This document shows, piece by piece, positions 9,501 to 16,276 of a stretch of DNA of 56,565 nt; positions within the stretch are counted from its first letter, which is position 1; each line of letters begins with the position of its first letter. This DNA comes from Alphaproteobacteria bacterium. GTDB taxonomy: Bacteria; Pseudomonadota; Alphaproteobacteria; Rs-D84. A program made the translations under genes and the position numbers. The notes under the pieces are model-generated. The model saw nothing but the letters and a program-made list of their open reading frames with translations. It ran no database searches and was not told the origin of the DNA. The stretch is taken from assembly GCA_017520675.1 (NCBI GenBank), contig JAFXFG010000003.1, positions 1 through 56,565 of the forward strand, given 5' to 3'.

Positions 9501-10280
9501 CTGGTTAATCCAGTGCTGGGGTTGACTTCAAATGCAATTAGTGCAGATGTAAAATATGATTTTGGTGATTTGACTTTTGGAACGCGATTGTTTTCTGGGG
9601 CGATTACTGATGAAGAATTATTGGAAAATGATCCAACTATATCATCGCAATATATGCCTGTGAAATTAGGGCTGGCACAGGGGGGGCTGGTTGATGTGGC
9701 GTGGAAGAAGAATAGGGCAGAATTTAAAACCTCTGTTGGGGTTATGGCAGAAACAGACACTTTATTAGGGGCCTTTACAGATGGGTTGTTAGATTTGGGA
9801 AATGGAACTACGACCTTTGTTGATTTAACCGCAGGTTATAAGTTTGCAAAGGATTTTGATATGACAGTAAAGGCAACTTTTGCCAGAACAACAGCCGAAA
9901 CATCGGGGGATTTTGTTTTGGGACTGTCTGATATATCATCAAATGCATTTGCGTTTGCAACAAGACTGGGGAATTTTGAGTTTAGTGTTTCGCAACCATT
10001 GGCGATTAGTGATGGGGATTTAAAATATGCTTATGCAGATTATTCTGTTAATGAAAAAGATGGAAAGTATGTGTTGGATGTTAATGATACGCATATAGAA
10101 ACATTGCATTTAAAACCACAACAGCGTGAGGTTAGATTTGCAGGGACTTATCGTCATAAATTTGGTGAATTTACAGATGGGGCATTTGGCTTTATGTATA
10201 GAATTAATCCAAATCATATTGATGATTTTGGAAATGAATCTATTTTTATGTTAAAGTTAACACATAGATTAGGTATATAA
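6543..10280 (+). CDS. large secreted/outer-membrane protein: signal peptide, ankyrin repeats, Gly-rich linker, long passenger, C-terminal beta-barrel-like domain
   Basis: Signal peptide MKLLRFLLLFVFLVPFGARA. Ankyrin-like LLAAAKSADIQQVQVLVNNGANVNFVDSTGLSIVCTALMNNDIRAAQILQMYGADAS. Linker GGGIGGDRPNQGGGDNGGGN. The last ~280 aa show alternating beta-strand patterns (FAATYQKYF, VDLTAGYKF, RFAGTYRHKF, FMLKLTHRLGI). Confidence 0.7.
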   Translation: MKLLRFLLLFVFLVPFGARAVVDDFTMAAQLLAAAKSADIQQVQVLVNNGANVNFVDSTGLSIVCTALMNNDIRAAQILQMYGADASKCDVQIKRYNNRNKPRNTGGLFSGLSSAQSLTLAAAGAAVVAGGLFLLTDVFDPGNNNSNGGGIGGDRPNQGGGDNGGGNSGATALFSVPYSPAYLDSEGNVNPNSDVFINNFALWNPSAGGVKGLDFNFFRPGVDGLAENQNTFVDDGIYLPVQNYLLMMHGYSAFANEYMGQKIFRADTTNPIKMGNDSGGGLPVPVRIITDNGLNPTGSATRADGITYALGTAANAEIFTLDKYLNYNNPVNGVLGNEKTGFDLSGAGTAMNPYASYYDSALGKIIAGWAVDGRSYADFFGFVPYGQLGIYRTGAGQEWISVNTPTDGVAIGSVQDGADGALNVVDAGDEITIDGITYEVSQALTDATISMPFITVNGVKIPIAENSSLLRGVCVSDSADACDGVSDIAIYSDTNGNYYVNKSGGSNADLVFVVSHGELYTSKTLQNADYKNFQALYRARGDAASNYGVIANLSIVEPSRDVNYATVGDMPVLISLGTGTATDVYSNQINLVYDRNNSDSISQGGYANTMFSAYNGQSPILVMPAGEFNFETAVRVKDATFENYAPLLYGDNLEHNFMTVVAVSHIKGTSAADSIEDYGNGTADRFGKLYLSIYRDSQGTLEEDDDILYSSRQCGIAGVGQGGIDPWCFAAAGPTAEMATASAAGAVASVKSAFDYMTNKDVFFLLALTADGYLLGTDSGGTAFTQESLASYLRDMYSLPPEYYDTNNALSASEYLDAFARVYGYGLINLDRAMKPGHTIYYYNGNSIVSTAGNAYWRSAVNTVFRPSTVLNLRGASIRAPFFDVLESVDGQLTLPRVWENEFAFGATDKRGLYMGDVLGALNTRKETGDMISIGNLNLAMSFSEKPYVDYLNGLDNLMLTYNKDNWQFAATYQKYFTDDLSRFDALVNPVLGLTSNAISADVKYDFGDLTFGTRLFSGAITDEELLENDPTISSQYMPVKLGLAQGGLVDVAWKKNRAEFKTSVGVMAETDTLLGAFTDGLLDLGNGTTTFVDLTAGYKFAKDFDMTVKATFARTTAETSGDFVLGLSDISSNAFAFATRLGNFEFSVSQPLAISDGDLKYAYADYSVNEKDGKYVLDVNDTHIETLHLKPQQREVRFAGTYRHKFGEFTDGAFGFMYRINPNHIDDFGNESIFMLKLTHRLGI

Positions 10281-10306
10281 AAAGCTGCCGTAGGGCAGTT
10301 TTTTGT
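10281..10306 (+). terminator. intrinsic terminator
   Basis: aaagctgcc gtag ggcagtttttt. Confidence 0.7.
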
Positions 10307-10358
10307 TTGCTTTTTTTATTTTTGTATGTATTATGTTTCGGCAAAAAAAGGATTGATA

Positions 10359-10736
10359 ATGAATGTTATTGTTGAGTATGTAAAAGATTTGACATCTGCA
10401 TTGCTTCCTGTTCACAAGAGAAATGCGACATCTAAAGATGCGGATTTGTTGGTTGAAATGGCGCTGGATATGCAATATATTGTTGCAAAAAATGGTGTAA
10501 CATATTGGTATTATTTTGTTGATGAGATGTTTTTGAGTGATGCAAGAAATTTATTGCGTCAGAATGGTTTAAAACCAAGATTTCATAATAGTAAATTCTA
10601 TATGGGGGGTGTGCCAGTGTTGCGAATTCGTAAGTCAAATTTAGAAAAAGATATAGAGGCTAAGAATTTTGTTGCTTCTTTGATGCAAAAGAGAAAAATG
10701 AGTGATGATACAATGAGTTCTTTAAGACAAAGATAA
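10359..10736 (+). CDS. hypothetical cytoplasmic protein (125 aa)
   Basis: ATG at 10359 preceded by aaaggat. No signal peptide and no recognisable motif. Confidence 0.5.
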   Translation: MNVIVEYVKDLTSALLPVHKRNATSKDADLLVEMALDMQYIVAKNGVTYWYYFVDEMFLSDARNLLRQNGLKPRFHNSKFYMGGVPVLRIRKSNLEKDIEAKNFVASLMQKRKMSDDTMSSLRQR

Positions 10737-10740
10737 AAAA

Positions 10741-10770
10741 TAAGTCGCTGATGGGCGACTTATTTTTTTT
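10741..10770. terminator. bidirectional hairpin between convergent genes
   Basis: aagtcgc tgatgg gcgactt flanked by an A-run and a T-run. Confidence 0.6.
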
Positions 10771-11485
10771 ATTCTGAAAAATATTTTGATTTTTGTGTTT
10801 TTGAATTTGTGTACATTTCGTTAAATAATCTTTCGGCCGCTTTTTTTGTGGTTGGTGCGCCATTGGTTGGTGTGTTATAGTCAGCACCGTTTAGAACAAT
10901 TAAACGCGTGGGTAACAATGCGTTGCCACATTCTATGTAGTATTGATTGGCGTCATAGTATTTTCCATAGCAATTACCGTTTTCGACGGCTGCAAAATTA
11001 TTACGTGCCAGCGATTGGCATGTTGGTTGTGCGCCATAAGTAATTTCACCGTTTTCAAGTGTTTCATCGGGATTGTCCAATATTCCTGGACACCATACAT
11101 TTACAAGTTGACCATTTACAGATACCTTGGTACCATCGTTTGATGTTTTGCGTGTTCCAAAACAATCGCGATTACTGGATAAGTTATTGATGTCATAGTC
11201 TGTTTTGATTTTTTTTCCTTGCTCGATTTCTTTGCGTTTTAATGCAACGGGTTCGCGAGCATCTGTGATTAATGCTTCTGGGCAGATTAGTTTTAGTCCC
11301 CAACAATTGCTGGTGTCGTCCCATGACTCTATGTTTCCCATTTCTATTAGGTAACCATATGTCATATTAGGATAGCAATTGGTTGGGTTTATTTTGCATA
11401 CTGTGGGACGCAGCCACCATGGTATAGTGGCGGCGGTTGCAGGGATTATGTTCATAATTAATATAAGATAAAATATTTTTTTCAT
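10769..11485 (-). CDS. secreted Cys-containing protein (238 aa)
   Basis: Signal peptide MKKIFYLILIMNIIPATAA. 10 Cys in the mature part. Confidence 0.65.
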   Translation of the reverse strand: MKKIFYLILIMNIIPATAATIPWWLRPTVCKINPTNCYPNMTYGYLIEMGNIESWDDTSNCWGLKLICPEALITDAREPVALKRKEIEQGKKIKTDYDINNLSSNRDCFGTRKTSNDGTKVSVNGQLVNVWCPGILDNPDETLENGEITYGAQPTCQSLARNNFAAVENGNCYGKYYDANQYYIECGNALLPTRLIVLNGADYNTPTNGAPTTKKAAERLFNEMYTNSKTQKSKYFSE

Positions 11486-11548
11486 TTCCTGTCCTGTTTA
11501 GTTGTTGTTTATAATTCTATCATAAAAAAACATTTGAAGCAATAATGG

Positions 11549-13585
11549 TTATTTTGTAATGCAAATTCCCCATTTTTCGTGTGCTGGTGTTTGTGAATAG
11601 AATTTCATATTCTTTTCTGGTTCTTTTTTGGGGTTGTTGTCGTATTGAATCCATTGGCCGTCATGCTTTTCACATTCTGCGTTTAGTACATTGTATAGTT
11701 GTGTGCGCACCTGTGCTATTACTGTGTTTATGTCTTGGATTACAGATGGACTTAGCCCTTTGGTCGATTCTGATGGGCGGATGCAGGTTTCAAGCGCGTA
11801 TTGTGCGAATTTTTGGTATAGACTGCCGTTGTAATCAGAACAATTTGCGGTGTCTGTTGTGTAATCTGGCAGAACTGCACAAATTTCATTGCCAGGGGCA
11901 TAGGTGCGACATTCAAGTGGATATGTGTGTGCAACATTAAAGCTGTATGGACTGCATAATGTTTTTGCAAATTTTTCAAGTGATGCACGACAGTTGTTGG
12001 CGATTTGTTCGCTAACAATGTTGTGCATGGCGGTTACTAGTTCTTGTAGGCCGTTTGAGCCACCACCATATAAATTGCTGCATGCGTTTAATTTTTCCTG
12101 GCACATTGTTTCAGATAATTCTAGTCGCATACCGATTATATTTTGAACTTCTAGGTCTGAGAATTCTAGGAGTCGATTGTTTTCGTCTTCGTAGCAAGAA
12201 ACAACAGTAGCAAGGCATTCGTTCTTTACTTGGCGAATACGTTTTTGTTGTTCCTGGTGTATTTCTGTTATGGCTTGCCTTAAAAATTCGTCCCATATGT
12301 CTTGTGATAAATCACGACATGTGTTAAGACTATTTTGAGCGAATATTTTTTTGTCGTTTAATCGTGATACTAATAGGTTATTTGCGTTATTTGTTAATAT
12401 GTCGCCATCTAATGATGTCGCGTTGGAAAATTCATAAAAGTCGGCTGTGTATATTGGTTCGCCAGTTTGATAATTTAGGTATTTGCCTGTTAAATCAAGA
12501 CAATGAATATAATCTGGACCGCATGCTGTTTCGGCAGTTAAATCTTGGCGAATTAGAGATAGGCAGTCATTGATGCTAGAAGAATTGTGTGCGTTGTAGT
12601 TTTCAAGTCTGGCATTATCTAGGTCGTATTCTGTTTGTCTGATTTGTGAATTGGCAGATTTTAATTTTGAATCAAGATTGCTTATTAATAGCGAACAATC
12701 GTTTTCGATATACATGCTGTAAGCGGCAGTTACCATTTGTTTGGTCGTTTGGTTTGGACAACTGTCGGAAACCATTTCAAGACATTGGGCGTTTACAGTG
12801 TTGTAAAGTGTTTCGCCTGTTAAATCAGATATGTTTGTCCCGCCAATTAATTCAGATGTGTTCCATGATATGTTTATGTTCGATGAAAAATCAGCAGGAC
12901 TGGTTGGTGTAGATTGACGCTTAGACAGTATTTTATTGATGGAATTTAATGTCGATGCACTTTCTGAATTGTCGGTGATGTTTTCTTGGGCAAATTCACC
13001 TGCCGAGGCGGTTACCATAGCTGTTGCTTCGGCGGCGGTTTTGTCAACTGCGTAAATATTAAATGTTTTGAAATCTTGCAATTGTTCTGATGTTTGGGTA
13101 AGAGCGCGCTCTCTGGATTGAAGTTCGTATAGTTTTGATGAACATATACATCTGCGATATGTGTCATTTGCATTGCTGCAGAATTGGTCCATACAGGTAA
13201 AATATGCTTCGCGACAGGCGTTGTAATCTGTATTGAATGTGCTGGACGCGGGTGTGGTTAGTGTTGTGGCGGCACGTGATGTTCTTTGTATAATTGATGC
13301 GGCGGTTTGTTTGCGTGGAACGATAGTATTAGCTGTTTGTGGACGCGCTGAAATGCCACGACTGGATTGTCTGATTGTGTTGTTGGGGGCGGGGCGTGTA
13401 ATCGGTTGTGATTGTGTAGATTTAGGTATTGCGATGCGCGCGGAGGTTTTGTTCGTAGGTTCGTGCGGTTGGCGCGATAATGTGTTATGTGTTGGACGCT
13501 TGGGAGAATTTATATCACGAACAGCGGCATTGGATATTCCAATCCCGCAAGTCAATGCAATGATAAGAAAAAAAATCTTTCTCAT
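11549..13585 (-). CDS. large secreted Cys-rich protein, distant paralog of 14048..16255 and 16277..18814
   Basis: Start moved to ATG 13585 (MRKIFFLIIALTCGIGISNA). The TTG start in the track lies inside the predicted -35 box. Motif CREAYFTCMDQFCSNANDTYRRCICSS. Confidence 0.75.
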   Translation of the reverse strand: MRKIFFLIIALTCGIGISNAAVRDINSPKRPTHNTLSRQPHEPTNKTSARIAIPKSTQSQPITRPAPNNTIRQSSRGISARPQTANTIVPRKQTAASIIQRTSRAATTLTTPASSTFNTDYNACREAYFTCMDQFCSNANDTYRRCICSSKLYELQSRERALTQTSEQLQDFKTFNIYAVDKTAAEATAMVTASAGEFAQENITDNSESASTLNSINKILSKRQSTPTSPADFSSNINISWNTSELIGGTNISDLTGETLYNTVNAQCLEMVSDSCPNQTTKQMVTAAYSMYIENDCSLLISNLDSKLKSANSQIRQTEYDLDNARLENYNAHNSSSINDCLSLIRQDLTAETACGPDYIHCLDLTGKYLNYQTGEPIYTADFYEFSNATSLDGDILTNNANNLLVSRLNDKKIFAQNSLNTCRDLSQDIWDEFLRQAITEIHQEQQKRIRQVKNECLATVVSCYEDENNRLLEFSDLEVQNIIGMRLELSETMCQEKLNACSNLYGGGSNGLQELVTAMHNIVSEQIANNCRASLEKFAKTLCSPYSFNVAHTYPLECRTYAPGNEICAVLPDYTTDTANCSDYNGSLYQKFAQYALETCIRPSESTKGLSPSVIQDINTVIAQVRTQLYNVLNAECEKHDGQWIQYDNNPKKEPEKNMKFYSQTPAHEKWGICITK

Positions 13586-13601
13586 TCCTGTTTGTCTTTG
13601 T

Positions 13602-13630
13602 ATTTTATCAAAATATTTATACATAGACAA
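13602..13630 (-). promoter_or_regulatory. sigma-70-like promoter TTGTCT-17-TAAAAT
   Basis: Reverse complement of 13625-13630 and of 13602-13607, with a 17-nt spacer. Confidence 0.4.
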
Positions 13631-13631
13631 G

Positions 13632-13670
13632 AAAAGAAAAAATAAAAACGCAAATCAATTAATTTGCGTT
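13632..13670 (-). terminator. infA intrinsic terminator
   Basis: aacgcaaat / atttgcgtt stem (13647-13655 / 13662-13670), followed on the minus strand by a U-rich run. Confidence 0.6.
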
Positions 13671-13904
13671 CTCAATCGGTGTGTGGTTGCGTTCGACAAA
13701 TGTTATGCGACCTTTGTTTAGGTCGTATGGTGTCATTTCAACACGAACCCGTTCGCCAACATTTACCCATATGTGTGCCTTGCGCATTTTACCACATACA
13801 GTTGCTAATATTTCGTGTCCGTTCTCAAGTTTTACACGAAACATTGTATTTGGCAACTTGTCTTCAACTGTACCAGTGAAAACAATTACATCGTCTTTGG
13901 CCAT
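13659..13904 (-). CDS. infA: translation initiation factor IF-1
   Basis: [42 protein letters not shown]...[18 protein letters not shown]. Confidence 0.93.
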   Translation of the reverse strand: MAKDDVIVFTGTVEDKLPNTMFRVKLENGHEILATVCGKMRKAHIWVNVGERVRVEMTPYDLNKGRITFVERNHTPIENAN

Positions 13905-13945
13905 AAATTTTCCTTTTTAGTCTTAAACTGTTTTATATGAGCCTT

Positions 13946-13974
13946 ATTTTATTGTTTCAGTGGGATAATTGCAA
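13946..13974 (-). promoter_or_regulatory. candidate infA promoter TTGCAA-17-TAAAAT
   Basis: Palindromic TTGCAA at 13969-13974. Reverse complement of 13946-13951 is TAAAAT. Confidence 0.45.
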
Positions 13975-13989
13975 GTTTTTTTTATCTGC

Positions 13990-14018
13990 TTGCTAATGTA
14001 TGATTTTTTTGATAAAAT
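13990..14018 (+). promoter_or_regulatory. candidate promoter TTGCTA-17-TAAAAT for the Cys-rich tandem genes
   Basis: TTGCTA at 13990-13995 and TAAAAT at 14013-14018. Confidence 0.45.
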
Positions 14019-14047
14019 TACTCGTAAATGAAAGTAGGATGGTTTAT

Positions 14048-16255
14048 ATGAATTTAAAAACTTTTGCTTTGTTATTGGCTATTTTTCCTTTGATTGCAAA
14101 TGCAGCAGCACGTAGTGATGCAGCACGTGTGGGGATGCAACGTGCAGGTGGTGCGGGTGTAAGGGCGCCAACGATGGTCAAGAACTTGAAGACGTCTTCT
14201 GGTAAGAAGTCGGTCCAGAAATCAACAAATAGTGTACAAAAGGCAGAAGAGGATGTTGAGGAATATGAAGAAGATTTTGTCGATGAGTATGAAGATATTG
14301 CCGCAGAAGACGAATTCGTTGAAGAAGAATTTGTAGAAGAAGAGGAAGTTGTAAAATCGACACCTAAAAATGGTAATTGTCGTGAGGCATATCGTCAATG
14401 TATGGATGAATTTTGCTTGTTAGATGAATCGGAAGGGTATAGATGTGCGTGTTCTTCTAATATAAATAAATCGAAGTCTTTGATTCAAGAAATACAAAAA
14501 ATACAGGAAGAAGCGGATAAATTGTACACCGAAGGTGTTGAGCGTGAGCAATTGGGGGCCAAAGCCAGACTTGTCTTTGGTGAAAGTGAAGCTGCACAAA
14601 AAAGTTCAAGGGCATCGGGTCTTAGTTTTTCTGAATGGTTGAATAGCGGTACAGATGAGGAAGAAGAATTAGATGCTGATGATATGATTGGCGATGGGTT
14701 GTATGGTATGGCGGCGGAATTTTGTGCCGCTGAATTAGAGGCCTGTGGCGCAAAGGCAGAAATGGAGGAGATGCTGTATACGCGACAGATAACAGCAGAT
14801 TGTAAATCGTTTAGTTCGTATTTGGCAGAACAAAAGGTGAACGCACAGGCGAATAAGCGTACCGCAGAGGCGGCAGTGCGTCAGGCACGTTTGGCAATGC
14901 TGGATACAACAAATAAGTACAATCGTGGTGAGTGCCTGTTAGCATATCGTGCGTGTATTGCAGATAAGGGGGGCTGTGGTTCAAATTTTGAAAATTGTTT
15001 GGATGCAGATTTGTTGGGACGTCGTGCAAATGCCTGTGAAAATGTTCTGGATCAGTGTATGTCTGTCAGAAATATGGTGCTGGAGGATTGGGAAGCCGAA
15101 TCAGAAGCGATATTAGTCGATGCAGCGAAATATGCAGACAAATATCGTCGTCAGACTTGTTTTGCGCAGGTGCAGCTTTGTTTAGAAGATGGTTGTTCAA
15201 CAGGGACAAATCCAGCCTGTTTGACAAATGTTAATGTTGCAGCGGGTGTCTGTCCAATAATCAATGAGTGTAATGATATTATCCCAGGATTTAAAGATAG
15301 TGTTAATGATAAATTAGGATTCTTGCGCACTCAGTTTTGTCAGAATGATATAGATTCTTGTCTGCGTGATAAGTGTGGTGAAAACTTTACAGCGCCAGAA
15401 TGTGTTGGTAAAAGAGTCGATGAAATTGTTGCCTTGTGTCCACAAGATATGTTCCCGTCTTGTAAGAACGAAACACAGTTTGATATAATTGTGTCTGCGG
15501 CAGTCCTGCAGATGGATTATCAAATGATGCAAGGCTGTATTAATTATTTTAGTGATCAATTGGGTAAGGTTTGTGGTACGGACATGGCATGTTTGCCATC
15601 TGATGATTTGGTAGCTTCGTTGACTGAGGTTCCTGAAACAACCGAAGAATTACAAAAATTGCGTATGACGGTTGTTGATAATTCTAAGGCAGCGGTTGCA
15701 GATTTCTTTAAGGATTTTGAGGCGGATAAAACAGTGGCGGCCTGTCAGGATGCGGAAAAGCCAGAGGGAAGAGCTAGCCTGGGACAAAATATATTTAATT
15801 CAGCAAAGATTATTGCTGAAATAAGCGCAGAAAATAGAGCGTTACGTGATTTAGAAACGAAAATTGCGGAATTGTCTAGAAAACAAGACCTGAAGAAGGC
15901 AGAGGAAAATTGTTATAATACCTATAAGGTTGAGACACCAGATAGTGACGCAGAAAATAAAAATTATTCTTATATACGTAGTGTTTCGTTTGAACCAAGT
16001 CTGCGTAATTGTCATGTATGTCGTATGCAGCAGGTTTGTGAAAAAGGTGGCGAAACCAAAGGTAGTGCCGCATTAAAGGCGGCCGCTGGGGGCCTGTCGG
16101 CAGGTGCATCAGCCGGAACAATGGTTAGTCCTGGTTGGGGAACTGCAATTGGTGGTATAGTTGGTGCAGTTGGTGCAGGTATAATGGGCGCAAGTGCAGC
16201 AGGTGAACAAGAATTCTGTCAACAAATTGAATCTTGTGAAGATATCAATATGTAG
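14048..16255 (+). CDS. large secreted Cys-rich protein with acidic tract and C-terminal glycine-zipper segment
   Basis: Start at ATG 14048 (RBS aggatgg) gives MNLKTFALLLAIFPLIANA. Motifs CREAYRQCMDEFC and YTRQITADCKSF. C-terminus GGIVGAVGAGIMGASAAG...CEDINM. Confidence 0.8.
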   Translation: MNLKTFALLLAIFPLIANAAARSDAARVGMQRAGGAGVRAPTMVKNLKTSSGKKSVQKSTNSVQKAEEDVEEYEEDFVDEYEDIAAEDEFVEEEFVEEEEVVKSTPKNGNCREAYRQCMDEFCLLDESEGYRCACSSNINKSKSLIQEIQKIQEEADKLYTEGVEREQLGAKARLVFGESEAAQKSSRASGLSFSEWLNSGTDEEEELDADDMIGDGLYGMAAEFCAAELEACGAKAEMEEMLYTRQITADCKSFSSYLAEQKVNAQANKRTAEAAVRQARLAMLDTTNKYNRGECLLAYRACIADKGGCGSNFENCLDADLLGRRANACENVLDQCMSVRNMVLEDWEAESEAILVDAAKYADKYRRQTCFAQVQLCLEDGCSTGTNPACLTNVNVAAGVCPIINECNDIIPGFKDSVNDKLGFLRTQFCQNDIDSCLRDKCGENFTAPECVGKRVDEIVALCPQDMFPSCKNETQFDIIVSAAVLQMDYQMMQGCINYFSDQLGKVCGTDMACLPSDDLVASLTEVPETTEELQKLRMTVVDNSKAAVADFFKDFEADKTVAACQDAEKPEGRASLGQNIFNSAKIIAEISAENRALRDLETKIAELSRKQDLKKAEENCYNTYKVETPDSDAENKNYSYIRSVSFEPSLRNCHVCRMQQVCEKGGETKGSAALKAAAGGLSAGASAGTMVSPGWGTAIGGIVGAVGAGIMGASAAGEQEFCQQIESCEDINM

Positions 16256-16276
16256 TTAGCTGGAGGAGAGAGAAGT

